NCBI GenBank assembly: GCA_964016885.1
Contig: OZ024741.1
Location: forward strand, 349,866,001-349,930,000
DNA: 64,000 bases
Source: Eledone cirrhosa
Taxonomy: Eukaryota
Reading direction: 5' to 3'
Shown here in pieces: positions 1 through 14,937 of this stretch. Position numbers and translations under genes: made by a program. Under the pieces are notes generated by a model. That model worked only from the letters and a program-made list of their open reading frames with translations, ran no database searches and was not told the DNA's origin. Each line of letters begins with the position of its first letter. The stretch's first letter is position 1.

Positions 1-143
1 AGCTGTCGCTCGCCGTGGATCCTGGACTCGCAAATGGCTACCACATCCAAACTGTGCGACCTGAGGTCGTTTAAGAGTTTGCCCTGTTTCCAAGGCATCC
101 CCAGGCCGCGTACGTTCACACATCCAACTCTTATATTGGCCAT
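1..143 (-). CDS. Tx1/L1-clade LINE ORF2 N-terminus (APE endonuclease), runs off the window edge
   Basis: ATG at 143 (minus) translates MANIRVGCVNVRGLGMPWKQGKLLNDLRSHSLDVVAICESRIHG, with APE motifs NVRGL and DVVAICES; 33 nt downstream of the ORF1 stop. Confidence 0.85.
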   Translation of the reverse strand, partial: MANIRVGCVNVRGLGMPWKQGKLLNDLRSHSLDVVAICESRIHGERQ

Positions 144-176
144 GTTGGTGCTGAAAAGTTAAAAGAGGAAAAGAGA

Positions 177-2093
177 TCACTCACCCTTCGCCTCCTGGGG
201 ACCAGGCCGCACGATTTCCATGGGGGTGTTGGAGGGGTTGTCTGGATGGGTGGTGGTTTCCGGCGGGGTGGGGACGCAGATGTTTGGTGGGGTGGGGTCT
301 GGTGGAATGGGGGTGTCTGGGGTGGGGAGGCATTTGAGAAGGACGCGGTTGAGTGGTTTCACGCAGGAATTCCCCACATCCTTCTCAAATGTTTCTTTTA
401 GGGACCTATAAGTTTGTATAGGGACCCTAATCAGTTTTAGGTTCATTTTTTTGCTATTTTTTATAGAGTGGGCGAAAGTTTTCCCTTCGGTGAAAACCGA
501 AGGGTCGTTCGTAATGGTCTCCATTAGTGTTTTGTTTTCAGTGTTTATGTAAGTGTAAGTGTAATTTTCTTGTGTTGTGTTTGTTTTTGTCTGTAGTTCT
601 TGTGTGTGCTTTCGTTTTGTTGTAGGTATTTTGTTTTCAGGAGGTGGGGGTTTTGTTTGTGATATTTTTGTTGTTTGTGTTGGTGGTTGTATGTTTGTGG
701 TAGTGTTTGCTGGTTTTTTGCTTTTGTGATGTCTTTTCTTTCTTTTCGAGCGATGGGGTTCTCCCTCGTCTTCACTGGGTGATGGCGAGATAGCCTCATC
801 TGTTGTATCGTCTGTGTGATTGGGGAGGGGTATGTCTTGGGGAGCTGTTGTGTCTGTATGTGATTTTGCAGTGGTTTTAGGTGGAGTGAGGTTGGGTGGG
901 ACTGTGTTTGTTGTGGTTATTTTTGTGTGTTGGTGTTGTTGTTGTAGTGGTGGTGTTGGTGGTTGTGTTGTTTTGATGGGTGTTGGCAGAAGAGCCTTTT
1001 TTTGGTTCATTAGTTTAGGACAGGAAGCCCTCAGGTGACCCCTGCTAAAGCAATGGTAACATGAAGGCCGCCTACCCTCAACCGAAAGGTTTATGTAGGT
1101 AAGTCCGTCCAGGAGTACACGCTGTGGGATCATAGCTATTCGCTCTGGGCTCATTTGCACCAGAACTTCAATGCTAGTCCCATTGAATACATCTCTGGGG
1201 GACTTGCCTACTGACAGTATTCTGTCTTCATCAAAATTGATGAAGCCGCACAGTATCCACCATATGTTCACCTTTGGTGTGACACTTGTGATTCTGATCT
1301 TTTGTGTCCTTTTTCCCATGTATGTAGGGAAAAAGGTGTACAGGTTGGATACAATTGGCGACACAGAGTAATTTTGGGCCGTCAATTGATCCTTCATCAG
1401 TACCGAAATACTCCCAAAAAGTTTGCTTCTTTGAATGAATGCAATATCATTCATTGAATCTTTGAAAACCAGTTCAATATCTTTCTGTGACAATTGGACT
1501 GGTTTTCGGGTAGAATTGGAAACTGTCCTAAAAACTATCGTTTTGAGAGCAGTTTCCTTGCGAATTTCTACCGGAGAATTGATGCTGAAAGCACCATTTT
1601 TTTCGAAGGTGACATATCTCTTAGCGTCCTTTAAAAGGTGTTCAGCATTTGTTATGTCGAGATATATCAATTGTTCTTTCTTTTGAACTTTCTCCGCAAA
1701 GGAGATTTTTGGTTTCTTTGTGGAATCCGTATTGGTGGTGTTGTCATTATTGTTGTTATTCTTGTTGTTATTCTTGTTGTCACCGATGTTGGTATCATCC
1801 GTATTTTCCTTGGTGTTGTTGTTGTCTTTGATGCTGGTGTTATTGGCGTTGTCTTTATTTTTTTCTTTGTTGTTGTTATCATTGTTGCTTTTATCATCAT
1901 TATTGGTTTTGCTGTTATTTTTGTTGTCATTGAGCTGTTTGGTGTCATTTGTGTTGTTTGGGTGTGAATTCGTTTTTTTATTTTCATTTTGTCTTTCCAT
2001 CTCTATAGTATCTAGTGAAGAAGACGTTGTTGACTGCGAGCTTTGTAGTCTTACCGCCTCTCCACCACCATTATCGTTGGACGCAGCGTTCAT
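177..2093 (-). CDS. Tx1/L1-clade LINE ORF1 (gag-like, CCHC zinc knuckle), intact 638 aa
   Basis: CYHCFSRGHLRASC = CX2CX4HX4C; N-rich N-terminus and T/P-rich C-terminus; directly upstream of the APE ORF2. Confidence 0.85.
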   Translation of the reverse strand: MNAASNDNGGGEAVRLQSSQSTTSSSLDTIEMERQNENKKTNSHPNNTNDTKQLNDNKNNSKTNNDDKSNNDNNNKEKNKDNANNTSIKDNNNTKENTDDTNIGDNKNNNKNNNNNDNTTNTDSTKKPKISFAEKVQKKEQLIYLDITNAEHLLKDAKRYVTFEKNGAFSINSPVEIRKETALKTIVFRTVSNSTRKPVQLSQKDIELVFKDSMNDIAFIQRSKLFGSISVLMKDQLTAQNYSVSPIVSNLYTFFPTYMGKRTQKIRITSVTPKVNIWWILCGFINFDEDRILSVGKSPRDVFNGTSIEVLVQMSPERIAMIPQRVLLDGLTYINLSVEGRRPSCYHCFSRGHLRASCPKLMNQKKALLPTPIKTTQPPTPPLQQQHQHTKITTTNTVPPNLTPPKTTAKSHTDTTAPQDIPLPNHTDDTTDEAISPSPSEDEGEPHRSKRKKRHHKSKKPANTTTNIQPPTQTTKISQTKPPPPENKIPTTKRKHTQELQTKTNTTQENYTYTYINTENKTLMETITNDPSVFTEGKTFAHSIKNSKKMNLKLIRVPIQTYRSLKETFEKDVGNSCVKPLNRVLLKCLPTPDTPIPPDPTPPNICVPTPPETTTHPDNPSNTPMEIVRPGPQEAKGE

Positions 2094-2329
2094 AACGTAA
2101 TCAAAATTTTACAATATTTTTTCCAAGATTCGATGGAGAAAAATTTTTTAAATGGATATTCCGCCCCTGAAGGGGCGAAAATGAGTTGACCCACCACCTG
2201 AAGGTCCAGACGGGTGGTCAAGTTACACAATGATATAAAATTGAACTAAAAACTCACGTTTTTTCCTTACATAAATTAACGGAAACTTCTCCGCGAAGTG
2301 ACACACGACTGATAGAGAGATAGGGCGCC

Positions 2330-2990
2330 ATTATGCATGACCTCCTGACTCGCGCTGGTGGAGGAAACAGCAACTTATTTTCTTCTTACAAACCTTTCTT
2401 CCTCCTCGCCTTAATGCGCCACCCATCTTCCTTTAATCTGCTCTGTCATATACTATCTATCACACACTAAACTACGTCCTTTATCCTATGACACATACTC
2501 GTTGATACATACACGCTTACATACATACCACAATTAGATACTTTTCACGTACACATTATAAACTTCAACATACATACGTATGTTATAATTTATCATACAT
2601 TCACACATACATACCCACTACCACTAACACTTAGATATACACCTATACTCACTATCTTTGTTACTTTACACAATTTACCTTTAAATCACACACACTTAAA
2701 CTTACACTTACACTCACACGTATAACGCTACTAATAAAAACGCACTCCACTTTGCGTTCCTACTCGTTACCAAGACTCCCTAACGGTTTCTTGTTTTTCC
2801 CTCTTCATTTTGGGGGGGGGGGGTTATATCTTTACTGGACCTTTTTTCTATTTCTCCATTGTGATCCTGTCTCTATTTTGTACTCCTGAAGAAGGGCTTA
2901 AGCCCGACACGTCGAACTGTCTTCCCTCTTTCGAATATAAAGCTTGACACTAATAAGACTTTTTGTACCTCTGTTTGTTGTCTTCTTGAG
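2330..2990 (+). mobile_element. PLE 3' remnant (end of GIY-YIG domain, 3'UTR, decayed HHR at 2883-2917)
   Basis: RKQQLIFFLQTFLPPRLN resembles the EN C-terminus at ~37630 (EQRTIFILQTHTPRGLN); CTGAAGA-A-GGGC-TTAA-GCCC-GACAC-GTC has GAAA mutated to GACA. Confidence 0.6.
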
Positions 2991-3010
2991 AGAGAGAGAG
3001 AGAAAGAGAG

Positions 3011-4532
<1,522 letters not shown>

Positions 4533-5602
4533 ACGTAAGATCTTCTTTCATATCTTTTTATCGTTTCCTCTATATTTCCTTCTTCCCCCCATCCCTTCCT
4601 AGTCCTTCCTCCCCAGTCCTCCTTCTTTGTCGTCGTCCTTTTCATTTTCTCGCCCACCCGAGGTAGCCCCTCGGTCCTTTGTAGCCTCAGTACCCCCACC
4701 CCCATCCCCTATTCTATGATAGAATTGGCCGACTCCGCTTTTTATAGCAGATGTGATAGACCCCAGATACTTGCTTTCTTATATGATGGCTGCCCCATTT
4801 CCGTGCTTTCTACATTTCTTAGTGGTATCTCTGCTTTAATTTCTCGTATATCAGTATTTTTTTTGGGGGGGGGGGGGGGGGTTCTGAATTAATTTTCCCT
4901 ATCAAATTTTTCATATACCTCGTACGAGCATTTATGTAGTTTGCACTAGAATTTTTGTATCGTAGCGGAACCCTTAGAGATAGTATTAGTATTCATTTTC
5001 GGGATTCTGAATTATTATTTCGTATTAGTTTATTTTTTGCACTGGGTGGTTGCTGGCCTTGTGCCTAGGGTGGAGGCAATTATTTCGTATTAGTTTCGGG
5101 ACTCTGAATTATTATTTCGTGGTAGTTTCTTTAGTATTTTGGCCCCCACTTGTTGACCTGTCACCGTAAGATATACTCGGTCGATTACTACTAACTCTTA
5201 AAATGGTCTCTTTACAATTCCGTCCCACCTAGTAAACTTTTCTATAGTTTAGCAGTACCAGTGAGAGACTTGATGACTGTCGTTAGGGAATAGTAACCAG
5301 AAATTGTTTTTTTATATTTTTAACATTCTTGGTATTCTTCTATATATTTACTCCATATTGATTTACTTATTGTTTCGACTTCCTCCCCCTCCCCCTCCCT
5401 AGTATACTTGCTTGACCTCCTGCCCTGCTGTAGTTGGCACTATCAACGCACGACTGGGTTTCCTCCACTCCCTCTCCCTCTTTCTTCTACTGGCAGGTTC
5501 AGCTACCCCTTCCTTCCACAAATTGCCATGATAGAATTATGTGTCTCAACAACAAACTTTTGACCAATCCTTGTGACAATCACTTTTACCATATATGGAA
5601 TT

Positions 5603-5699
5603 ACCCCCTGAGAAGCTCGGCTATTCATATACCAGGATGAAAAATTTTCATTTAGTCCAGAATTAGCCGTCGAAACGGCTTGAGCTCAGCCGTCGGGGT
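5603..5699 (+). ncRNA. HHR-like motif with extended stem II and variant core CTGAGAA, at the 3' end of the Naiad-like PLE (family 'D')
   Basis: ACCCC-CTGAGAA-[g..CGGCTA..TAGCCG.tc]-GAA-ACGGCT-tgagctc-AGCCGT-C^GGGGT. Confidence 0.6.
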
Positions 5700-5709
5700 C
5701 CTACTCGTT

Positions 5710-5871
<162 letters not shown>

Positions 5872-6065
5872 TAAAAGATCGGAGGCCATATTCAGTTGAT
5901 TCAGGAGTCAACTGAATATGGTCTCCGATCTTTTATTAATATATAACGCACCGATCTGCACCATTTATACAGGTCGTTGAGCGCTTCTTTTTATCTACTT
6001 CACGACCGACAGACGATAATGTGGTCCACATATCTTTGTTCGCTTAACCCCATACGCTCTCTCTT

Positions 6066-6879
<814 letters not shown>

Positions 6880-6971
6880 ATATATATATATATATATATA
6901 TACGTGTGTCAATATGTGTGTCTATGTCCAGTGTATATAGATCACAGACACCCACATATATATATACACAA

Positions 6972-7047
<76 letters not shown>

Positions 7048-7096
7048 TTATACATACACACACGTATTTATACATACACACACGTATATATATATA

Positions 7097-7230
7097 GACC
7101 TTCCAGTTTCATTTCACATTATATATATAACTGTGTATATTTTTATTATTTAAAAATTATTTTTAAGTGAACATGATTTTTAAAAAATATTTGGAACTGA
7201 ACGTGACCCAACGGGTCACGGGTGGTCTAG
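7097..7230 (+). mobile_element. Helitron 3' end remnant
   Basis: GC hairpin CGTGACCC-aac-GGGTCACG (7202-7220), then CTAG (7227-7230) and T. Confidence 0.65.
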
Positions 7231-7233
7231 TAA

Positions 7234-7347
<114 letters not shown>

Positions 7348-7540
7348 TGCTTCCCGAAATACGCCAAAACTACACCTAATGTACCCCTTCCATACACATG
7401 CACACATGTGTATATCATGACTCATGCTCTGTTCATTTTCCTGACGTTTGTACATTACCCTATGTACTATACATACACTTTTTGATGAGTTGTAGTGCAC
7501 CTGAGCACTGTACACAATATTTCATTATTATTATTATTAT

Positions 7541-7578
<38 letters not shown>

Positions 7579-7591
7579 TTAATATAGAAGA

Positions 7592-7640
7592 GATTCTACA
7601 GGACTAGAACTGTTTCATTCATTAGAAATCATCAGGAATC
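7592..7640 (-). ncRNA. Type I hammerhead ribozyme (family 'A')
   Basis: Reverse complement of 7671-7719. Confidence 0.75.
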
Positions 7641-7670
7641 TAGAACTGTTTCATTCATTAGAAATCATCA

Positions 7671-7719
7671 GATTCCTGATGATTTCTAATGAATGAAACA
7701 GTTCTAGTCCTGTAGAATC
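7671..7719 (+). ncRNA. Type I hammerhead ribozyme (family 'A')
   Basis: GATTC-CTGATGA-tTTC taat GAAt-GAA-ACAG ttctagtc CTGT-A^GAATC. Confidence 0.78.
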
Positions 7720-7815
7720 TCTTCTATATTAAAACTGTTATACTCTGCTATGTATTGAGTACCTTACTTACTGTGGTTACCTCCGATTCAACCCGGAATA
7801 ACGTATATATATATA

Positions 7816-8037
7816 TGAAATTAGAAAATATATAGCTTTCACCGTATTTTTGACTAAAGGAATTTTAGCTTGATAACGGGGTTTAGAACCCTCAGATAAA
7901 TGGAAAAAGTTGAGTATTGACGTACATGTACGTCAATACTCAACTTTTTCCATTTATCTGAGGGTTCTAAACCCCGTTATCAAGCTAAAATTCCTTTAGT
8001 CAAAAATACGGTGAAAGCAATATATTTTCTAATTTCA
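7816..8037. repeat. 222-bp spacerless palindrome (module 'B'); single-arm copy at 53431-53566
   Basis: Centre GTACA|TGTAC at 7926/7927; one mismatch seen between arms. Confidence 0.9.
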
Positions 8038-8069
8038 AAACTCGCTCACTGTTTCAAAACATACTTACT

Positions 8070-8127
<58 letters not shown>

Positions 8128-8166
8128 GATATTAACAAATGGAAACTATATTTATAAAACCATATT

Positions 8167-8231
8167 TATTTCATTATACATATTTCATGGACACCAAGTT
8201 AAATTATGGTGTGCTTTCATCAGATAAAATA
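8167..8231 (-). ncRNA. Type I hammerhead ribozyme
   Basis: TATTTTAT-CTGATGA-aagcACACCA..TGGTGTccat-GAAA-tatgta-TA^ATGAAATA. Confidence 0.7.
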
Positions 8232-8694
8232 TAATATAGAGCAGTTTTATAAATAAATATTGACATACTCTTAAAGAATGCGACCATTTCTGATGCAAGC
8301 TCCCGGATATTATATATATTAATATCGTATTTTACTCCAATTATTTGTTGAGTGCTTTATATCAGTTATAAAAATATTTGCTTGTTGTATCCCAACAATT
8401 TAAATAGAACTTTTACATATATATATATATATATATATATATACACCCACTTCACGCAAGCCTATGCAGTAAACCTTTCTTTTAAAAGTAAGACAATTTT
8501 CTGAATCTAAAGAGTTCCTCGTCCCAGAACTTCGTCATCTTCTCGAGTTCCATCCCTGCTCACCACATTTTTTCTTTTTCAATGGCTTAGTCAGAGAAGG
8601 AAGGGCAGCGCCCATGACACTTTTCAGTGGTGGGCGGTGGTAACTAGGGTGTTGGGGACGATTGATGGTAGTGTTGGAGGTTGTGATATTGGGG

Positions 8695-9473
8695 TTGGTC
8701 ATGATGGTAGTGGTAGTGGTGGTGGAGGTGGTGGTGATGGAGGTGGCTGTGAGGTGGTGGACGTGGTGGTGATGGAGGTGGCTGTGTGATGGTGGTGGTG
8801 TTGATCGTGATGGTGGTGGTATTGAGGTTGGTCGTGGTTGTAGTGGTGGTGGTAGTGAATGTGGTAGGGGTGGTGGTGGTGGTGATGTAAGTGGTAATGA
8901 ATGTTGGTAATAATGTGGGTGGTGATTGTGTGTGGTGGCAGTAGTGAGAAGTGGCGACGCTGGTGGGTGGAAAGGTAGTGCTGATGGTTGCACTGAAGAT
9001 GATGGAGTTGGCTGCGGTGGTGGTGATGGTGGTGGTGGTGGTTGTCGTGGTCGTGGTGGTTGTCGTGGTCGTGGTCGTGGTGATGGTGGTGGTGGTTGTC
9101 GTGGTCGTGGTGGTTGTCGTGGTGGTGGTGGTGGAGGTGGTTTTCGTGGTGGTGGTGGTGGAGGTGGTGGAGGTGGTTTGGTGATGGAGGGAGCTGTGGT
9201 GGTGGTGGTGGTGTGGTTAGATGATGGTGTTGATCGTAGTGGTGGTGGTGGTGGTGGTGGTGGTGGTGGTGGTGGTGGTGGTGGTGGTGGTGGTGGTGGT
9301 GGTGGTGGTGGTGGTGGCGGGGTTGATGATGATGATGGTGTTGATGATGATGATGGTGTTGATGATGATGGTAGTGGTGGTGGTGGTCATGGTAGTGGTG
9401 ATAGTGCTTACTAATTGTCATTGCATTTACTGGTAGAAAAAAGGGTGTTCCAGTTGACAGTGACAGCTGTAAC

Positions 9474-9511
<38 letters not shown>

Positions 9512-9539
9512 CAGTAGCAGCAACAACAGCAGCAGCAGC

Positions 9540-9586
<47 letters not shown>

Positions 9587-9613
9587 CAGCAGCAGCAGTA
9601 GTAGCAGCAGCAA

Positions 9614-9670
<57 letters not shown>

Positions 9671-9695
9671 CAGCAGCAACAGCATCAGCAGCAGC

Positions 9696-9738
<43 letters not shown>

Positions 9739-10090
9739 TGAACGGAAGGAGTAGCGGCTGCAGTGAAGTGTGGTGTTTATATGTTGAGTAGGGTGGTAGT
9801 GTCAGTTTGAAGGATCACATAGATTGTGGCATTTGAGCTAGTGAAGGGCTAGTGTGATGGTGGTGGTGTTAGTGGTAACGATGATGGTGAGGTGGTGGTG
9901 GTGTTGTTGTAGGTGGTGGTGGAGGTGGTGGTGTTGATGGTGGTTGTGGTGGTGGTGGTCGTGGTGATGGTGGTGGTGATGGTGGTAGCGTCGGTGCTGA
10001 CAGTGCTGGTGATGGTGGTGGTGGTGGTGATGGTGGAGATGTAGTGGTGGTGGTGGTGGTGAAGGTGGTGGCGTCGGTGCTGACGGTGGT
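8695..10090. repeat. Compound trinucleotide microsatellites (GGT/GAT/GTC)n and (GTA/GCA)n
   Basis: Directly visible; source of the poly-H/V/G/L pseudo-ORFs. Confidence 0.95.
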
Positions 10091-10321
10091 AGTGGTTGGG
10101 CGGGGGTGCCGGTTGTGGGGGGGGAGGGTTAGTGGTATGGGAGGTTTTATTGAGAGGTTTGGCAGGCGGAGATAAAAACAGAATATGAAGGAGTAATTTG
10201 GTGGAACTTGATATGACATAGAGATGTGATATCTTATTGTATACCACACACACACACAGACGCACACACGCACACATACGTACATACAAACACACACACA
10301 TATATATATACATATATATTC

Positions 10322-10366
<45 letters not shown>

Positions 10367-10387
10367 CTTATATATATACATATATAG

Positions 10388-10510
<123 letters not shown>

Positions 10511-10513
10511 TAG

Positions 10514-10578
<65 letters not shown>

Positions 10579-11011
10579 GAGAGAAAAGAGAGAGAGAGTA
10601 TACGGGTGAATGGGTGGATGGAACTGGAGAGGCGGGAAAAGATGTGAAGAAAGAAAGAAAGAAAAAAAGAGAAAAAGAAAGAAAGAAGAAAAAAAGAGAA
10701 AAAAAAAGAGAAAAAGAGATGTAGAAAGCAAGAACGCCCTTTTGCCAACAACAGACCATCTATCGACCATAACAGATTGTTTCAATTTACACGGCTTGCA
10801 TGTCAGACGTTTTCTTTAAGTAGACTAAACCAACTTCAATAAGTTTTATAATCATTGAAAATATAAACGAATGCACAACTTTACTGTTACAAGCCACTGC
10901 AGTTTATTTACAAGCTATTGTAGCTTACAGTCCCACATCCTTACGAAAAGAAATTTCATTCAGCTTGTCTGAATATGAGACATGCGCTAGCGGAGGAGTA
11001 AATGTCCAAAG

Positions 11012-11224
11012 CAGGCATGTGAAACATGCGGTCCGAAGGCCGCATGCGATATTTACAAGTACACCTGCGGCCCGCACAGAGGTATTTTACAGCGCGAGCA
11101 TGGTTTATCTTCGAAATATAAAAAATAGTAGTTGAATGTGTGCAATTAGTTTTCGTGTGTGGCCCTCAGACAACACATATGTGACCCATGTGGCCCTCGG
11201 GGAACCCTCAGTTTGATACGTCTG
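11012..11224. mobile_element. hAT (Charlie-like) MITE
   Basis: TIRs CAGGCATGTGAAAC / GTTTGATACGTCTG; subterminal GYGGCCC repeats; degenerate 8-bp TSD gtccaaag/gtctaaaa. Confidence 0.75.
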
Positions 11225-11607
11225 GTCTAAAACACTAAATTGCCGTATATATTTGAGTATAGTGCGAGGTTTTATAGTCAAATCATTCGAAAAACATAAA
11301 GGGTCGCACTATACACAAGTATGTCTGGAGGGTAGGAGAGTTGGTATTCATGCATTTTCGATCATCTTAGCCTACAATACATTTACACGGTACCATTCGC
11401 TAACCATATTACTACATCCTTTTCTTTGGCCTCTTTCCTGTGGCATGTAGTCTTTTTTTTATCTGTAGCTATACGAAAACAGACCATCATTCACTATGAT
11501 GCAGCTGGAACTATACAAATACCTTATTTAAATGAAAAGTTAACGATAGTTACTTTTTCTTATTTCAAAATTGTGTGCATCTTCGTTCTTGTGTGATATA
11601 TATACAT

Positions 11608-11765
11608 ATATAACGAAGGAAATGTGGTAAGGAACCAGATGGACCATAACGCACCAAAGTACTCAATTCTTAGGGTAGTAGAGTGGGTAATAGGAACAAG
11701 TAGGACCCCGTCCAGAATTAGCCGTCGAAACGGCTTGAGCTCAGCCGTCGGGGTCCTACTTGTTC
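11608..11765. repeat. Family 'D' pLTR fragments in inverted arrangement; also 22297-22745, 35143-35322, 36140-36272
   Basis: Shared GAAACGGC..GAGCTCAGCCGTCGGGGTCC and ACTCTACTACCC..GAGTAC; flanked by (TA)n; these copies lack the 5' half of the HHR. Confidence 0.8.
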
Positions 11766-11827
11766 TATATACATATATATAGATATATGCATAAATATAT
11801 ATATATATAACTACAACAGTGACATAA

Positions 11828-11877
11828 ACAGGTACTCAAGTTTCGTTGGTTTCTGGGCCCTAACTCATTGAGCCTGT
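11828..11877 (-). ncRNA. Decayed hammerhead
   Basis: ACAGG-CTCAATGA-GTTagg..ccAAC-GAAAC ttga GTA^CCTGT; stems intact, core mutated. Confidence 0.5.
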
Positions 11878-12108
11878 CATGAGAAAAATTAAAAAAAAGA
11901 TGACCGCCTAGGGTGGATTGTGCTTTCCTTTTAGGAATATATCATAAGAGTTTATACAAGGGCAAGTAATTTAGAAATTATTTAGAAACTAGAGTACCAG
12001 CTGTTGTAATCACTGTTGTAATTAAGTACGTGCTGTTGTGTCACTGTTGTAATTATTTATACTAAACTCGTCCTATGGACTGAGTACTCTTACCTTTGGA
12101 TATTTCCA

Positions 12109-12161
<53 letters not shown>

Positions 12162-12209
12162 AAGAGTAAAGAATAACATGGTCGGCCGTACAAAAAGGGT
12201 TTATTTACA

Positions 12210-12320
12210 GTATTAACAATTGTTTCATTAATCAGGTGAGTCTAAAGACCGCTGATCGCTAGAAATTACGTCACTCGACCTTAATTACAGTGTGTGTCTC
12301 TGATCAAATCATTGGAATAC
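12210..12320 (-). ncRNA. Decayed hammerhead with ~60-nt loop II
   Basis: GTATT-CCAATGA-tTTGATCAG..CTGATTAAt-GAA-ACAATTGT-T^AATAC. Confidence 0.55.
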
Positions 12321-12382
12321 ACCTTTACCTTAAACAATACCTTGTTATCCTATATATATATATATAAACACATATACATATA

Positions 12383-12418
<36 letters not shown>

Positions 12419-12464
12419 CAAATATTAAAATATAAGTATTAATAAAATAGATGTTCTTTTGATC

Positions 12465-12510
12465 AATTATACATATTTCGGATGTACGACAGTACGTCCT
12501 CATCAGACAA
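12465..12510 (-). ncRNA. Type I hammerhead ribozyme (weak stem I)
   Basis: gt-CTGATGA-GGAcGTAC tgtc GTACaTCC-GAAA-tatgta-TA^at. Confidence 0.7.
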
Positions 12511-12683
12511 AATATAATGATACATGACATACCCTGAGATGTTAAATGGTTAAGATTTAATCAAGGTATACTTTTATTAATACTTATATTTTAATATTAA
12601 TAACTCCTGAAAATTAGTTTCCGTTGAGTGCTTCCAATCTACTGTAAAACTCATTCTTTGACAGAACATTGTTTAACAATTTA

Positions 12684-12755
<72 letters not shown>

Positions 12756-12772
12756 TGATTGAGCAATATATA

Positions 12773-12877
<105 letters not shown>

Positions 12878-13036
12878 AAGAGAAATGTGTTACACAGTAA
12901 GATGTGTGTAAAGAATTATTACAAGTCATTTTACCGTTACTGTATAGGGAACAATATCTACAGGTTAGCAATTACATAGAAAAAAACCAGATCAGAATCA
13001 AATCTCTGGATTTTAAATCACAAACCTTATAACTAT

Positions 13037-13132
13037 ATTTTGCTGATACGAACCTAGCTTCGTTTCACCCCTTATATGTGTCACCCCTTATATGTGTAGT
13101 ATCAGTCCACATGGATCATCAGTCAGCAAAAT
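13037..13132 (-). ncRNA. Type I hammerhead with 10-bp stem I; loop II carries an internal duplication
   Basis: ATTTTGCTGA-CTGATGA-tCC..GGt-GAA-ACGAA gctagg TTCGT-A^TCAGCAAAAT. Confidence 0.75.
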
Positions 13133-13357
13133 GCGAAAACTGAACACTGCACATCTAACCTCATGGCTAGAGAGATTGCAAATAGACACGCGGGCCAGAG
13201 TGGGCGAAACACACATCTCACTGTATAACACATTTCTCTTTGTGTAATATATACTTGCATTTGAGCTCGGAAGGAAATTCTCTATTCTTCTTTGAGCTAA
13301 TAATACTATTATTATTATTATTACAGTGAACTGCGGAATACTCTTAATTCCGATTTT

Positions 13358-13512
<155 letters not shown>

Positions 13513-13654
13513 TTCCGCCCTTGCCTTCTATCTTTACACACGGCACTAGACAAGATTGTTCCTTATCATACACTCTCATCCCGGAGCAGTTCTGTGTGGC
13601 GCCAGTTCGTGATTTGAACTCGGGAATTTTATATTCTCCGAGTGAGAAGAACCC

Positions 13655-13730
13655 TCTGACGAAAGTCTTCTTCTCAATGAGGTTCCGCATGGATTATCCA
13701 TTTATTTTGAGACTTGAAACCGCGCGGTAA
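13655..13730 (+). ncRNA. Hammerhead core with long loop II; stem I not evident
   Basis: CTGACGA-AAGTCT..~40 nt..AGACTT-GAA-ACCGCGCGGT-A. Confidence 0.55.
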
Positions 13731-13796
13731 TTATAGTGAGTACAGTAAACTTTTTAAAATGTATTTTAAATTTTTTTCTCTATATGCTAAACCTTG

Positions 13797-13903
<107 letters not shown>

Positions 13904-14025
13904 GGTGAGTTTTATTGTAGTACAATAAAGCAATGCAGATATCGGATAAGAAGCACTCTACAATTTGTAGGACTGGAGTATACATAATATATAAGAGATC
14001 AAAAGATGGTTAAATGAGTTCCATG

Positions 14026-14096
14026 TATTTTATTATGCGCATTTCAAAAACAAATATCATCATGCAATAACATTTGTGTTTTCATCAGATAAAATA
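14026..14096 (-). ncRNA. Type I hammerhead ribozyme (left arm of fold-back 13984-14354)
   Basis: Reverse complement of 14245-14315. Confidence 0.78.
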
Positions 14097-14244
14097 GGAC
14101 ATGATATGAAGGTTAAAAAACACTTGTGGATAGTGCAGTTTTAAATCAACATATGTTGATATGTTTTAAATCAACATATTTTGATATGTTGATTTAAAAC
14201 TGCACTATCCACAAGTGTTTTTTAACCTTCATATCATGTCCTCC

Positions 14245-14315
14245 TATTTTATCTGATGAAAACACAAATGTTATTGCATGATGATATTTGTTTTTGAAAT
14301 GCGCATAATAAAATA
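14245..14315 (+). ncRNA. Type I hammerhead ribozyme
   Basis: TATTTTAT-CTGATGA-long AU-rich stem II (CAAATGTTAT/ATGATATTTG)-GAA-ATGCGCAT-A^ATAAAATA. Confidence 0.8.
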
Positions 14316-14345
14316 CATGGAACTCATTTAACCATCTTTTGATCT

Positions 14346-14420
<75 letters not shown>

Positions 14421-14454
14421 AAAGAATAGAGGTGTAACACACAAGTTATTATAT

Positions 14455-14835
14455 ATTGGTAAACAGAATAGAAAATGCTGACAAATTGTTCACAGTTGAA
14501 AAATGGTTTAATTAGGAATAAAAGAGTATTAGTGATTGTATGGGTTAGTATTCAGTTGTGGTTTTAAGTTTTTAAGTTTTTACCGGTTGCGCATTTCTAA
14601 ATGCTTTTCAAAAATAATTTTGAGATAGAGTGTCCGTGCTGTTTGAGAGCAAACAGCACGGACACTCTATCTCAAAATTATTTTTGAAAAGCATTTAGAA
14701 ATGCGCAACCGGTAAAAACTTAAAAACTTAAAACCACAACTGAATACTAACCCATACAATCACTAATACTCTTTTATTCCTAATTAAACCATTTTTCAAC
14801 TGTGAACAATTTGTCAGCATTTTCTATTCCGTTTA

Positions 14836-14840
<5 letters not shown>
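14455..14840. repeat. Palindrome with 191-bp arms and 4-nt spacer (module 'F'); single-arm copy from 27655
   Basis: GTTTG-agag-CAAAC centre at 14646-14649; one mismatch seen. Confidence 0.9.
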
Positions 14841-14886
<46 letters not shown>

Positions 14887-14937
14887 CAATAAAATAGCTC
14901 TAGGAAAGAGATTTTTCCGCGCCGCATATTATAATCT

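Larger units (their letters stand above)
1..2310 (-). mobile_element. 5' part of an apparently full-length Tx1-type non-LTR retrotransposon
   Basis: 5'UTR (~2094-2310, with small GC hairpins) + ORF1 + ORF2 start; 5' boundary approximate, where sequence switches to a PLE remnant. Confidence 0.75.

Noticed and set aside
7955-8025. Module B as a hammerhead (CTGAGGG..GGTGAAAGC)
   Set aside because: No CUGANGA and no stem I; only the GAAAGC(T/A)A half fits
14650-14720. Module F GAAATGCGCA as a hammerhead
   Set aside because: No upstream core here or in the longer copy at 27655-27900, and no NUH
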